A stretch of DNA of 64,000 nucleotides from Saprospiraceae bacterium. Its GTDB lineage: Bacteria; Bacteroidota; Bacteroidia; Chitinophagales; Saprospiraceae. Positions 18,528-28,406 of the stretch are shown here, piece by piece. The notes beneath the pieces are model-generated. The model saw nothing but the letters and a program-made list of their open reading frames with translations. It had not been told where the DNA came from and did no database searches. Numbering within the stretch: position 1 is the first letter of the stretch; each line of letters starts with the position of its first letter. The DNA is taken from contig JANPGW010000172.1 in assembly GCA_031424115.1 (NCBI GenBank), positions 2,561 to 66,560 on the forward strand. Reading direction: 5' to 3'. Both the position numbers and the translations under genes were made by a program.

Positions 18528-19754
18528 TCACCATTGTTTCGCCTGATGTGGATAACGAATCACATATTGTTCTTTTATCATGTGCATCATGATATCCTTC
18601 AATTCATCGATATTGTCGCGGTCAGTGGCGGATATAAAAACACTGTTTTGACCATATTTATTCCTAATATTTTCCTCGAATTCTAATTCTATTTCACGCT
18701 TGGTTTGAGCATCCAAGAGTTCATCATAATATCTTTGACGGTATAAATCCATTTTATTGAACACCATCAATATAGGTTTATCATCTACTTTCAACTCTTT
18801 TAATGTGCTTTGCACAGTGGCAATATGATCTTCGTATTGAGGATGAGAAATATCAACTACATGCAAAAGAATATCACTTTCACGGGTTTCATCGAGGGTA
18901 GATTTAAAGCTTTCTACCAAATGATGCGGTAATTTTCGAATAAAACCGACTGTATCACTTAACAGAAATGGTACGGCATCAACCACCACTTTGCGAACGG
19001 TGGTGTCCAAAGTGGCAAAAAGTTTATTTTCAGCAAATACATCCGATTTTGAAAGCAGATTCATTAGGGTAGATTTCCCAACGTTGGTATAGCCCACCAA
19101 AGCCACCCGAATCATTGTGCCGCGTTGCTTGCGCTGCGTTTGGTTTTGGCGGTCAATGGTTTCAAGGTCTTTTTTGAGCGCGGATATTTTATCGCGTACA
19201 ATACGACGGTCGGTTTCAATCTCCTTTTCACCTGGTCCCCGCATACCGATACCTCCCCTTTGTCGTTCTAAGTGCGACCACAAACCTCTCAAACGCGGCA
19301 ATAAATACTGTAACTGAGCCAATTCGACCTGTGTTCTGGCTTGAGCCGTTTGAGCACGACCGGCAAAAATATCCAAAATCAAACTGGACCGGTCTAATAC
19401 TTTTACTTTAAGGTTTTCTTCCAGAATTCCTTGTTGCTTTGGTGAAAGATCATCGTCAAAAATGGCTATATTGATGTCTTCGTGCGATTCGATATACTTT
19501 TGAATTTCCTCCATTTTACCCTTTCCGATAAAATGGCGTGAATCAACATGGGGTAGCCTTTGGACGAAGCGTCTGACAGTTTCAGCGCCTGCGGTGTGGG
19601 CTAGAAATTCCAATTCGTCTAAATACTCTGTTACCTGTTCTTCATTTTGATTGGGTAAATGCACGGATACCAATACCGTTTTTTCGATACCTTTTGCGAT
19701 ACCTTTACCTCGTTCATTTTTACCAACTTGATACTTAAAAACTTTATCGTCCAA
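18528..19754 (-). CDS. hflX: GTPase HflX
   Basis: HflX N-terminal domain plus G domain (GYTNVGKST, DTVGF, NKMD). Confidence 0.9.
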   Translation of the reverse strand: MDDKVFKYQVGKNERGKGIAKGIEKTVLVSVHLPNQNEEQVTEYLDELEFLAHTAGAETVRRFVQRLPHVDSRHFIGKGKMEEIQKYIESHEDINIAIFDDDLSPKQQGILEENLKVKVLDRSSLILDIFAGRAQTAQARTQVELAQLQYLLPRLRGLWSHLERQRGGIGMRGPGEKEIETDRRIVRDKISALKKDLETIDRQNQTQRKQRGTMIRVALVGYTNVGKSTLMNLLSKSDVFAENKLFATLDTTVRKVVVDAVPFLLSDTVGFIRKLPHHLVESFKSTLDETRESDILLHVVDISHPQYEDHIATVQSTLKELKVDDKPILMVFNKMDLYRQRYYDELLDAQTKREIELEFEENIRNKYGQNSVFISATDRDNIDELKDIMMHMIKEQYVIRYPHQAKQW

Positions 19755-19806
19755 AATAATTATATTTATACGTAAATGATTGAATATTGTGATTTTTTAT
19801 AGGGTA

Positions 19807-19834
19807 ACTTTTCACTTTTCACTTTTCACTCTTT
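19807..19834. repeat. Tandem heptamer (ACTTTTC)x3 plus a degenerate fourth unit
   Basis: Read directly from the sequence. It spans the last codons and the stop of yidD (minus-strand GAAAAGT units encode ...VKSEK*). Confidence 0.8.
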
Positions 19835-20069
19835 TAGGAATCGGGTCAAGATGCTGATGTTTTGACCACGGATGACAACGGAAAATGCGTTTTATCCCCA
19901 GCCACATACCCCTCAGTATACCCCATTCCATAATAGCATCTATCATATATTTTGAACAAGTCGGGTTGTATCGGCATTTATTAGCACCCAAAAAAGGTGA
20001 AATGAAAAAGCGATAAAACCGAATAGGTAAAACTACGATATTCTTTAATAATTGGTTCATTTTAATCAT
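19812..20069 (-). CDS. yidD: Membrane protein insertion efficiency factor YidD
   Basis: 85 aa with the C(R)YxPTCS signature (CRYNPTCSKY). Confidence 0.9.
   Translation of the reverse strand: MIKMNQLLKNIVVLPIRFYRFFISPFLGANKCRYNPTCSKYMIDAIMEWGILRGMWLGIKRIFRCHPWSKHQHLDPIPKRVKSEK
19909..19919 (-). repeat. ATACTGAGGGG exact copy
   Basis: Inside yidD. The sense frame reads I-L-R-G. It has the palindromic extension ATACCCCTCAGTAT. Confidence 0.95.
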
Positions 20070-20079
20070 AGAAGGAGCA

Positions 20080-20631
20080 TCAAAATTGAGCCGTATCGCT
20101 CGTTTTATTTTTATCCAATAAAAAATAGCCCTGTTTCTTAGAAGGTATATTAATCTGAACTATATTTTTTTGGTCAGTAAAGACTTCGGTCAAAACCTTA
20201 TTTTCCACAAAAATGTTCCTCAGTTCTTTCACATTTTTAATTTCCATGTAAATATAAAGTGCTTGTCGGTCATTTGTGGTCTCTTTTCCGAGTATTTCAT
20301 AGATCACATCCTTATTATTAACCTTGATGGAAAGATGGCTGAATAGATACTGACAAATGTAGGTGTTCGCTTCTTTTTTCTCTTTATCAGTGCCTACAAA
20401 TAATGATTTTTGCCCTTGTTTTTCCAGTCCCTGCTCCAAATCATCAATAAAAATATGCATAGTAATTTGCACCGACTTTTCTTTCGGATTAAAAACCATA
20501 TCCGTTTTAGAAATGTGGAAAGCATGCAAACCGCCATCATTGATTGGACTGGCGTTACCAAGCATATTTATTAATACTATGATGATAATAATGATAAAAA
20601 AAGAGCGAAATTTTAATATATTGAATGTCAT
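20080..20631 (-). CDS. Hypothetical secreted/membrane-anchored protein
   Basis: Clean 183 aa ORF with a hydrophobic N-terminus, tightly packed between yidD and the HupE-like gene. I do not recognise a confident family. Confidence 0.5.
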   Translation of the reverse strand: MTFNILKFRSFFIIIIIIVLINMLGNASPINDGGLHAFHISKTDMVFNPKEKSVQITMHIFIDDLEQGLEKQGQKSLFVGTDKEKKEANTYICQYLFSHLSIKVNNKDVIYEILGKETTNDRQALYIYMEIKNVKELRNIFVENKVLTEVFTDQKNIVQINIPSKKQGYFLLDKNKTSDTAQF

Positions 20632-20646
20632 TATTTTAAATTTTAA

Positions 20647-21234
20647 TTATCCAATGAGTAAGGTTACTGCTATTCCAAACGCAGCACCGGATATAAACTG
20701 TGTCCACGAACGCTGCGAAATTTTAAAAACATTGAAAGCAAGAAAGGATACAACCAAAATAAAAGTAACAATTGTTAATTGCCCTGCCTCAATACCCACA
20801 TTAAAGGCAAAAAGAGGTTGAATAATATCCGCTTCATTCCCCAAAAGTTCTTTAAAATAATTTGAAAAACCCAAACCATGAATCAGCCCAAAAAACAGAG
20901 CAAAAAAGTAGTTGATATTCACGCTTTTCGAGAACATTTGAGTTATATCTGTATTATCAGGTTTTACGACATTGTAAATAGCCGTTATACAAATGGTGAT
21001 AGGTATCAGCATTTCGACGATGTTATACTGAGGGGTGACCATTTTCAAAGCTGCCATCGCCAAAGTGATGCTATGCCCGATTGTGAAAGCAGTAACCAAT
21101 ACGACAACGCGCCGCCATTCAGCTAACCGATAAATCGCACATAGAGCGATGATGAAAACAATATGATCGTAAGCTTTTGGGTCTGCAATATGGTGTAAGC
21201 CCAACGAAAAATAAGTTGAAAATTGAGATTGCAT
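20647..21234 (-). CDS. HupE/UreJ family membrane protein
   Basis: 195 aa multi-pass protein with an N-terminal GLHHI-type histidine motif. Confidence 0.75.
   Translation of the reverse strand: MQSQFSTYFSLGLHHIADPKAYDHIVFIIALCAIYRLAEWRRVVVLVTAFTIGHSITLAMAALKMVTPQYNIVEMLIPITICITAIYNVVKPDNTDITQMFSKSVNINYFFALFFGLIHGLGFSNYFKELLGNEADIIQPLFAFNVGIEAGQLTIVTFILVVSFLAFNVFKISQRSWTQFISGAAFGIAVTLLIG
21025..21035 (+). repeat. ATACTGAGGGG exact copy
   Basis: Inside the HupE-like gene (-). The gene sense reads P-Q-Y. Confidence 0.95.
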
Positions 21235-21392
21235 AGTTTTTTAAGTAATTGATAGTTATGGAACTGTAAAGCAGTGTTAATCAATGTTTCAAAATTCATT
21301 ACACTCCTTTTATCATTCATCCTAAATTTACGTTTTCTTTTTCTTTTCGGATTTTATTTTAAACATTTACCTTTACAAAAAATTTCTTGATT

Positions 21393-21833
21393 ATGAAAAT
21401 GATGACAATAGCTATTGGTTGCGACCATGCCGGGTTTACATATAAAAATCCAATTATTAAACACCTTAGAGCAAAAGGATATGACGTTCTTGATTTTGGA
21501 ACAGATAGTTCAAATTCGGCAGATTATCCTGATTTTGCCCACCCTACTGCTGAAGCTGTGGAGTCGGGCAAAGCCGATATGGGTGTTCTAATTTGTGGCA
21601 GTGGCAATGGTGTAGCGATTACTGCTAACAAACATCAGCAAATACGCTGTGCTTTGTGTTGGTTTGACGAAATTGCTTCCCTTTCCAGATTGCACAATGA
21701 TGCCAATATGATTGCTATTCCTGCCCGTTTTGTTGATATAAAAACGGCATTGAGAATGATTGACATTTTTTTAACCACTGAATTTGAAGGGGGTAGGCAT
21801 GCCAATCGTGTGAATAAAATTGCGTGTACTTAA
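21393..21833 (+). CDS. rpiB: Ribose-5-phosphate isomerase B
   Basis: IAIGCDHAG...ICGSGNG signature. The first ATG is at 21393; the track ORF begins at a TTG at 21387. Confidence 0.9.
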   Translation: MKMMTIAIGCDHAGFTYKNPIIKHLRAKGYDVLDFGTDSSNSADYPDFAHPTAEAVESGKADMGVLICGSGNGVAITANKHQQIRCALCWFDEIASLSRLHNDANMIAIPARFVDIKTALRMIDIFLTTEFEGGRHANRVNKIACT

Positions 21834-21835
21834 TG

Positions 21836-21899
21836 CATGATGAATTCTTATAAATCATTGATAATCAAAATTTTATGGAATTCATCATGGCTTATTTAA
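21836..21899. terminator. 12-bp perfect inverted repeat between convergent rpiB and smpB
   Basis: CATGATGAATTC ... GAATTCATCATG with a 40-nt AT-rich loop. The long loop lowers confidence. Confidence 0.4.
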
Positions 21900-21915
21900 C
21901 GTAGGAAAAAGGTAA

Positions 21916-22389
21916 TTATAATTTAATTTTTTTCAGTCTATCCATTTCGCGTTTGTTTTCCCTGTCTTTTATCGTATCGCGTTTGTCATAAGATTTTTTG
22001 CCTTGCGCCAGAGCAATTTCTAACTTGGCAAAACCTCTATCCGTAAAATATAAGCGATAAGGAACAATCGTAAAGCCTTTTTCACTCACTCGCTTCAATA
22101 AACTCTTTAATTCTGACGCCCTTAATAAGAGTTTTCTCACACGTCGTGCTTCATGGTTGTAAATATTGCCTTGTGAATATTCCGCTACATACATGTTTTT
22201 AACAAATAACTCCTCGCCAATGAAATAGCAAAAAGCATCATTCAAATTCGCCATACCCTCTCTCAAAGCCTTTACTTCTGTGCCTTGAAGCATCACTCCC
22301 GCCTCGTATTTCTTAACAAAATAGTATTCGTACTCCGCTTTCCGATTCACTATTTGTGCACTTTTAAATCGTTTCTTTTTGTCTGACAT
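21916..22389 (-). CDS. smpB: SsrA-binding protein SmpB
   Basis: 157 aa with a typical SmpB sequence (NRKAEYEYY..., LLLRASELK). Confidence 0.9.
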   Translation of the reverse strand: MSDKKKRFKSAQIVNRKAEYEYYFVKKYEAGVMLQGTEVKALREGMANLNDAFCYFIGEELFVKNMYVAEYSQGNIYNHEARRVRKLLLRASELKSLLKRVSEKGFTIVPYRLYFTDRGFAKLEIALAQGKKSYDKRDTIKDRENKREMDRLKKIKL

Positions 22390-22437
22390 ATTGCTTTATG
22401 TTGCTATTTAAAACATTATATTTTGTACCTGCCGTCT

Positions 22438-23490
22438 CTACAACCATCTTTTTCTGTAAAAATAAATCAATTGAGCAACAGCTATAAAAATCATTAACCC
22501 CCAAACCCAATAGTAAGCGTTATGAGCATGCAACTCTGGTAAATTATCAAAATTCATCCCATAAACACCTACGATAAATGTCAAGGGAATAAAAATTGAC
22601 GACACAATAGTCAGCACTTTCATCACATGATTCGCTCTATTGGCTTGCTCAGAGTTAAATAAATCATCTAAGTTATTAAGCATATCGCGTTGGTTTTCAA
22701 CCATTTCTATCACTCTGATGACATGGTCATGAAGGTCACGCACAAATATGATAGTGGTGGGATGCACGAATTCACTTTCTTCGCGCACAAACCTGCCGAG
22801 CACATCTCGTAAAGGCATCACAGCCCGCCTGATTTCCGATATAAGACGTTTGAGTTTATAAATATCTGAACGAGATGAATGTTTAAAATCGGCTAAAATT
22901 TTAGTTTCGAGCGCTTCAATGCCCTCTTCAGTTCTATCTAATATTAAAAAATATTCATCTACAATACTATCGAGCAAAGCATACGTTAAATAATCGACCC
23001 CTTTTTGGCGAATTTTACCTAAACTTCGGTGCAATCTCTCTCGTACAGCCGCAAAAAGATCCTCTTCGTCTTCTTGAAAAGTAATAACAAAATCCGAATT
23101 AAAAAAGAAAGCAATCTGCTCGGTAATTATTTCTGAATTTTTTTCATTCAGCCGCAAAGCACGCGCAATCAAAAAGATACCATTGTGATAATCCTCCCAT
23201 TTTGGCCTTTGCGATGTGTTTAAGACATCTTCTAATGCCAACGGATGAATATGCAGCTTTTGACCAATTGATTCAATCAACTTTACACTATTCAAACCCC
23301 GCACATCATACCAAATGACCTCGCCATTAGTTGAAGGCAACTGTACATGACCTTTTAACAATTTTTCCGAAATATTAGTTTCGTTATAACGCATCACCGT
23401 CACATTGGGATTCGTTACTTCAGTTTCGCCTGTGAATACTAATGACTCCGGCGGCAAACCCGTTTTTCGCTTTTTTTTCCTTCTCGACAT
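22438..23490 (-). CDS. corA: Magnesium/cobalt transporter CorA
   Basis: 350 aa with the YGMNF motif before the two C-terminal TM helices. Confidence 0.9.
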   Translation of the reverse strand: MSRRKKKRKTGLPPESLVFTGETEVTNPNVTVMRYNETNISEKLLKGHVQLPSTNGEVIWYDVRGLNSVKLIESIGQKLHIHPLALEDVLNTSQRPKWEDYHNGIFLIARALRLNEKNSEIITEQIAFFFNSDFVITFQEDEEDLFAAVRERLHRSLGKIRQKGVDYLTYALLDSIVDEYFLILDRTEEGIEALETKILADFKHSSRSDIYKLKRLISEIRRAVMPLRDVLGRFVREESEFVHPTTIIFVRDLHDHVIRVIEMVENQRDMLNNLDDLFNSEQANRANHVMKVLTIVSSIFIPLTFIVGVYGMNFDNLPELHAHNAYYWVWGLMIFIAVAQLIYFYRKRWL

Positions 23491-23493
23491 TAT

Positions 23494-24237
23494 TTATTTT
23501 ACCCCTTCAACAATGACAGAAATACCCACTCGATTACATACTATTCTATCCATTATTTTGAAAACAGGCACTAATGAGTTGTATATTTTCATCTGACCGT
23601 TCGGAATAATGTCATTTTTTAAGATTTTTCCGGAAAACCACCAACCACCAATCGCCGCCAAATTAAAATACTGTGAGTGTGTAATGTGAAAATTATTTTT
23701 TTGAAACATAGATTTTAGCCCCCCCTCAGTATAACGCCGATAATGCTCCAAAGCTCGGTCAAAATTATTATAAAGAGTCTGATAAGCCGGCACTAAGATA
23801 ACCAATCTGCCGTTTTTTTTCAAGAGTTTCCGAGCATTTGCTATTGCCTGTCCATCTTCTTTGATATGCTCCACGACATTGAGGGCAAAAATGCCATCGA
23901 AACTATCAAAATATTCATGATATTCGGAATCAAAATCTGGGTGTACCAAGTCAATTTTTAAGACGCCTCCGCAAGATGGTTCCTGAGCATATCTATTTTC
24001 CAGATATTGACAATAAACATCTCGAATATCGCTCAGCACAATGGATCGTTTATCGCGTAGATAATATTCCGAGATATTGCCTATCCCGCTCCCGATTTCC
24101 AGAATGCGCCCCGTCAACCGGGCACTTGTTACATTGTACATCCATTCATTGAATCTCGTAGCATTAGCAATTGATTCGAGCGTTGCCATGCCCTCTATGT
24201 CTAATTCTTTGAAAAGAAATGCGTTATCTACACTCAT
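23494..24237 (-). CDS. Class I SAM-dependent methyltransferase
   Basis: [13 protein letters not shown]-binding motif. There is a 4-nt overlap with the upstream GT2 gene. Confidence 0.8.
   Translation of the reverse strand: MSVDNAFLFKELDIEGMATLESIANATRFNEWMYNVTSARLTGRILEIGSGIGNISEYYLRDKRSIVLSDIRDVYCQYLENRYAQEPSCGGVLKIDLVHPDFDSEYHEYFDSFDGIFALNVVEHIKEDGQAIANARKLLKKNGRLVILVPAYQTLYNNFDRALEHYRRYTEGGLKSMFQKNNFHITHSQYFNLAAIGGWWFSGKILKNDIIPNGQMKIYNSLVPVFKIMDRIVCNRVGISVIVEGVK
23722..23732 (-). repeat. ATACTGAGGGG exact copy
   Basis: Inside the methyltransferase gene. The sense frame reads Y-T-E-G-G. G-tract 7. Confidence 0.95.
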
Positions 24238-24953
24238 TTTTTAAATACATTGTATTTTATGATACAATAAATGGCTCTAAAACCATCTTTCCAACCAATT
24301 TTTTTCCCTTCAGCATAAGACCGCCCATAATACGAAATGCCCACTTCATAGATACGGATATTCGGGATGCGCGAAATCTTAGCGGTGACTTCCGGTTCAA
24401 ATCCAAATCTTTTCTCTTCAAGAAACAAGCTTTGGATTATTTTTCGTTCAAAAAGTTTATAACAGGTTTCCATATCAGTCAGGTTCAGATTAGTTAACAT
24501 ATTGGATAGACCTGTTAACCATTTATTGCCTATAGAATGCCAGTAAAATAGAATTCGGTGAGGCTTACCGCCCACAAACCTTGACCCATAAATCACATCG
24601 GCAAAACCATCTAAAATCGGCTGCAATAAAATATTATACTCTTGAGGGTCGTATTCGAGGTCAGCATCTTGAATAATGACATAATCGCCGGTAGCATGTC
24701 GAATGCCGGTATGCAAGGCAGCCCCTTTCCCCTGATTTTGTTCATGCTTCAAATACCGGATATTGAGTTCCGAATGAGCCTTGATATAGCGCAAAATAGC
24801 CCCTTCAGTATCATCTGATGAACAATCGTTGGTAATAATGATTTCTTTCGTCAGACCGCCAATTAGTTCAACCGCTTTCACACGGTCAAGTATTAGATGA
24901 ATTGTACGCTCCTCATTATAAGCAGGAATGACAATAGAGAGTTTTCTAATCAT
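24234..24953 (-). CDS. Family 2 glycosyltransferase
   Basis: [10 protein letters not shown]...DADLEYDP motifs of GT2 enzymes (dolichyl-phosphate-sugar synthase-like). Confidence 0.85.
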   Translation of the reverse strand: MIRKLSIVIPAYNEERTIHLILDRVKAVELIGGLTKEIIITNDCSSDDTEGAILRYIKAHSELNIRYLKHEQNQGKGAALHTGIRHATGDYVIIQDADLEYDPQEYNILLQPILDGFADVIYGSRFVGGKPHRILFYWHSIGNKWLTGLSNMLTNLNLTDMETCYKLFERKIIQSLFLEEKRFGFEPEVTAKISRIPNIRIYEVGISYYGRSYAEGKKIGWKDGFRAIYCIIKYNVFKK

Positions 24954-24976
24954 AAAAAAATGTCTTAAATTGTGTG

Positions 24977-24984
24977 CAAAGATA
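24977..24984 (-). promoter_or_regulatory. Candidate -7 box for the GT2-methyltransferase-corA string
   Basis: The minus strand reads TATCTTTG, 23 nt upstream of the GT2 start codon. Confidence 0.4.
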
Positions 24985-25146
24985 CATTTTTGAAGCAGTC
25001 AAACAGCAATGAATTTGAAATTAAGATGTCTGAATTGAGTTAAAATAAAAAGAAAAATCACTCAATGCTCTTTTTTTAAAATAAAATCTCAGATTTTTAC
25101 CACTGCAGGAGCAAATAAATTATTATTACCTAATACATATTGTCAG

Positions 25147-25917
25147 ATGTTTCAAAAAGATCTTTTTAATAATAAAACAGTCCTCGTCACTGGTGGCGGC
25201 ACGGGCATCGGTTTCGAAATAGCCAAACAGTTCCTAAATTATGGCGCTGAAGTGTATATCGCTTCCCGTAAAAAAGAGAAACTCGAACAAGCTGTAATGC
25301 AACTCAAAAGTTTTGGCGGCGTCAAAGCCTTTGAAATGGATATTCGAGAAACAGAAAGTATTCGGCATTTGGGAGACTTGATTGAATCTCAAAGTGGCAA
25401 ACTCGACATCTTGATTAATAATGCGGGCGGACAATTCCCTTCACCCGCCGAAGCTATTAGTGAAAATGGTTGGAAGGCGGTCATCAATACTAATCTGAAT
25501 GGCACTTGGTTCGTGACTCAAGAGATGGCAAAACGCTTTTTTTTCAGGCAAGAATCGGGCAGCATTGTCAATATTGTTTTGAATAACTACAAAGGCTTTC
25601 CCGGTATGAGCCATTCGGCAGCTGCGCGCGCCGGCGTGATGAATCTTTCAAAAACGCTGGCAATCGAATGGGTAAATAAGGGCATTACCATCAATTGTGT
25701 AGCACCCGGTATTATTCAATCTTCGGGCTTAGAAAATTATCCTCCTCAGTTGGTAGAAAGTGTTTCAGCCAAAATACCCATGAAACGATTTGGCACCTGC
25801 GAAGAAGTAGCTGAGTTGACACTTTTTCTGGCAGCATCCAAATACATCACGGGAGAAACGGTCTATATTGATGGAGGCAACCGATTGTGGGGAGATATGT
25901 GGGATATAAGTTCATAA
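25147..25917 (+). CDS. Short-chain dehydrogenase/reductase (SDR)
   Basis: TGGGTGIG cofactor motif and NNAG motif. Length is 256 aa. Confidence 0.85.
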   Translation: MFQKDLFNNKTVLVTGGGTGIGFEIAKQFLNYGAEVYIASRKKEKLEQAVMQLKSFGGVKAFEMDIRETESIRHLGDLIESQSGKLDILINNAGGQFPSPAEAISENGWKAVINTNLNGTWFVTQEMAKRFFFRQESGSIVNIVLNNYKGFPGMSHSAAARAGVMNLSKTLAIEWVNKGITINCVAPGIIQSSGLENYPPQLVESVSAKIPMKRFGTCEEVAELTLFLAASKYITGETVYIDGGNRLWGDMWDISS

Positions 25918-25924
25918 TCTCCCC

Positions 25925-25935
25925 CCCCTCAGTAT
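25925..25935 (-). repeat. ATACTGAGGGG exact copy
   Basis: Intergenic, starting 8 nt after the SDR stop codon and ending 12 nt before the terminator stem. It has a C8 tract on the + strand. Confidence 0.95.
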
Positions 25936-25947
25936 AGCTGTCAAAAA

Positions 25948-25980
25948 AGCAAGTTGGACATCCCAATTTGCTTTTTTTTT
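25948..25980 (+). terminator. Rho-independent terminator after the SDR gene
   Basis: AGCAAGTTGG-acatc-CCAATTTGCT stem (one G-U pair) followed by T9. Confidence 0.75.
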
Positions 25981-26025
25981 ATGTAAAATTATTAGTTCTT
26001 AAAACCAATTCAGCGTGAAAAGTGT

Positions 26026-26033
26026 TACTTTTG
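26026..26033 (+). promoter_or_regulatory. Candidate -7 box upstream of iscS
   Basis: TACTTTTG lies 86 nt upstream of the ATG, downstream of the SDR terminator. Confidence 0.35.
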
Positions 26034-26119
26034 CAGTTACGATTGGACTAAATCTAAATAAGAAACGTATAATCGATATTCAATAAACGTAAACTGTTGA
26101 TTTTTAAATATTTATATAA

Positions 26120-27340
26120 ATGAGTAAGAAACTAATTTATCTTGATAATAATGCGACTACGCCTGTAGATCCGCGAGTAGTGGATGCAATGCTTCCTTAT
26201 TTCACTCAACATTTTGGTAACGCTGCGAGCCGTAACCATCCTTTTGGATGGGTTGCCGAAGAAGCAGTAGATTATGCACGCGAGCAAGTGGCAAAACTTA
26301 TCGGTGCTGAAGATAAAGAAATTATTTTCACATCCGGTGCCACCGAGTCCATTAATTTGGCTTTGAAAGGGGCTTTTGAAATGTATTCAAAAAAAGGCAA
26401 TCATATCATCACCATCAAAACTGAGCATAAAGCAGTTTTAGATACTTGCAAGCACATTGAAAAAATGGGTGGTGAAGTGACATATTTGGATGTGGAATAT
26501 GATGCCACTATTGATATCGCCGAATTGGAAGCGGCTATTCAGCCTAACACTATTATGGTGTGCGTTATGTATGCCAATAATGAGACAGGTGTGATTCAAC
26601 CGATGAAAGAGATTGGTCAGATTTGTGAAAAACACGGCGTGTTATTCATGTCGGATATTACACAAGCAGCCGGTAAAATACCGGTCAATGTAAAAGAATT
26701 GGGTATTCACTTAGCGGCATTTACTGCTCACAAAATGTACGGGCCTAAGGGAGTGGGTGCACTTTTCGTGAATCGTATCAAACCTCGTGTAAAGGTTGTG
26801 GCTCAAATGGACGGCGGAGGGCACGAACGTGGCATGCGTTCGGGCACAATGAACGTTCCGGGTATCGTCGGTTTCGGTAAGGCTGCTGAAATTGCGATGA
26901 ATGAAATGCACCAAGATGCTGAACGTCTCAGCAAGCTACGAGATAAACTTCAAACAGCGTTGATGGAAACACTTGAAGAAGTTACCATCAATGGTAATGT
27001 GAACAGCCGTATGCCGCACGTCACCAATATGTCGTTCAAACATGTTGAAGGCGAAGGCTTGATGATGACTTTCAATCAGGAAATCGGTCTATCTTCGGGT
27101 TCGGCTTGTACATCAGCTTCATTAGAGCCTTCTTACGTTTTGGTAGCGATGGGATTAGGCGATGATTTAGCACATTCTTCTTTGCGTTTTTCTTTAGGTC
27201 GTTTTACCACAGAAGAAGATATAGATTATACAATTGAGGCTATTCGCAACGGTGTCAATCACATGCGCGACCTTAGCCCAATTTGGGAAATGTATAAAGA
27301 AGGAGTTGATTTGAATAAAGTAGAGTGGAGCGAGCATTAG
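26120..27340 (+). CDS. iscS: Cysteine desulfurase IscS/NifS type
   Basis: PLP-dependent class V fold and the SSGSACTS active-site cysteine loop. It is followed by iscU and iscA. Confidence 0.9.
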   Translation: MSKKLIYLDNNATTPVDPRVVDAMLPYFTQHFGNAASRNHPFGWVAEEAVDYAREQVAKLIGAEDKEIIFTSGATESINLALKGAFEMYSKKGNHIITIKTEHKAVLDTCKHIEKMGGEVTYLDVEYDATIDIAELEAAIQPNTIMVCVMYANNETGVIQPMKEIGQICEKHGVLFMSDITQAAGKIPVNVKELGIHLAAFTAHKMYGPKGVGALFVNRIKPRVKVVAQMDGGGHERGMRSGTMNVPGIVGFGKAAEIAMNEMHQDAERLSKLRDKLQTALMETLEEVTINGNVNSRMPHVTNMSFKHVEGEGLMMTFNQEIGLSSGSACTSASLEPSYVLVAMGLGDDLAHSSLRFSLGRFTTEEDIDYTIEAIRNGVNHMRDLSPIWEMYKEGVDLNKVEWSEH

Positions 27341-27354
27341 TTATTTGCGGTTTG

Positions 27355-27385
27355 GTTAGACGTTATTCGTTGAATGACGTCTAAC
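27355..27385 (+). other. Hairpin in the iscS-iscU spacer
   Basis: GTTAGACGT / ACGTCTAAC 9-bp stem with a 13-nt loop and no T-run. An alternative TATTCG / CGAATA pairing overlaps it. Confidence 0.4.
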
Positions 27386-27481
27386 GAATATCCGATAACA
27401 AAAAAGAACTTGTTTCTAAGTAAATTTGTTAGTAACTTTGACTTAGAATTAATCTAAATAACAATCTAAAAAAATAAAGCA

Positions 27482-27895
27482 ATGGCATACTCAGAAAAAG
27501 TAATGGAACATTTCCATAATCCACGGAATGTAGGCACTTTGGATAAAAGCAACAAAAACGTTGGAACAGGTCTCGTCGGTGCGCCTGAATGTGGTGACGT
27601 GATGCGCCTTCAAATAGAAGTAGATGAAGAAAGTGGTCTTATCAAAGACGCTAAATTCAAAACTTTCGGTTGTGGTTCGGCAATTGCTTCTTCATCACTC
27701 GCTACTGAATGGTTGAAAGGCAAATCAGTTGAAGAAGCTTTGAAAATTGATAATATGGACATTGTGGAAGAATTGGCTTTACCTCCCGTAAAAATCCACT
27801 GTTCAGTTTTAGCTGAAGATGCAATTAAAGCAGCAATTAAAGATTATCAGCAAAAAAATGGTATTGAAGTGACTGCCACAGTTGCTGCTCACTAA
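27482..27895 (+). CDS. iscU: Fe-S cluster scaffold IscU
   Basis: Conserved cysteines in GAPECGD, FGCGSAIAS and IHCS. Confidence 0.9.
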   Translation: MAYSEKVMEHFHNPRNVGTLDKSNKNVGTGLVGAPECGDVMRLQIEVDEESGLIKDAKFKTFGCGSAIASSSLATEWLKGKSVEEALKIDNMDIVEELALPPVKIHCSVLAEDAIKAAIKDYQQKNGIEVTATVAAH

Positions 27896-27931
27896 TTTTT
27901 ACATACAAGAATCACTAAATAGAGTAGTAAA

Positions 27932-28258
27932 ATGATTTTCGTAGCAGATTCCGCTAAGGAAAAAATAGAAGAAATTCGCAGACAAGAGCATATGGGCAAC
28001 AACCACTTCGTGCGCGTCAGCGTTGTGAGTGGTGGTTGTTCAGGTTTGTCATATAAAATGGACTTTGACACTGAAAGCAGACCTAACGATCAGGTATTTG
28101 AGCATAATGGCGAGAAAATCGTCACGGACTTGAAAAGTTTTCTATATCTTTTCAATACAACTCTTGAGTTTTCAGGTGGTTTGGATGGTAAAGGTTTTGT
28201 GTTCAATAATCCGAATGCTGCTCGAACTTGTGGCTGTGGAGAAAGTTTCGCTGTTTAG
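27932..28258 (+). CDS. iscA: A-type Fe-S carrier (IscA/HesB family)
   Basis: 108 aa with GGCSG and the C-terminal CGCGESF motif. Confidence 0.85.
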   Translation: MIFVADSAKEKIEEIRRQEHMGNNHFVRVSVVSGGCSGLSYKMDFDTESRPNDQVFEHNGEKIVTDLKSFLYLFNTTLEFSGGLDGKGFVFNNPNAARTCGCGESFAV

Positions 28259-28286
28259 AATCATAGAGCATTCATATGATGCTATC

Positions 28287-28317
28287 ATCCGATGTGTAAA
28301 AACGCATCGGATTTTTT
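28287..28317 (+). terminator. Rho-independent terminator after iscA
   Basis: ATCCGATG / CATCGGAT stem followed by TTTTTT. Confidence 0.65.
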
Positions 28318-28406
28318 ATTTTAGATGATATTAAAAGACATAAAAAAACAGCGAGCCAAGTTTACAACTTCGCCCACTGCTTTGTAGATATTAACAAGTC
28401 TTAAAA

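Noticed and set aside
21834-22437. A tmRNA (ssrA) or tRNA gene next to smpB, and tRNA, rRNA or CRISPR features anywhere in the window.
   Set aside because: I saw no T-loop-like GGTTCGAATCC/GGTTCAAATCC strings, no acceptor-stem symmetry, no rRNA-like conserved blocks, and no regularly spaced direct repeats with unique spacers in any intergenic gap.
25921-25928. A C8 homopolymer directly after the SDR stop codon as a phase-variation tract.
   Set aside because: It is the extended G-tract of a copy of the abundant word. It lies outside any CDS or promoter spacing that slippage would affect. Variable tract length is a general property of the word (see the sub-structure finding).
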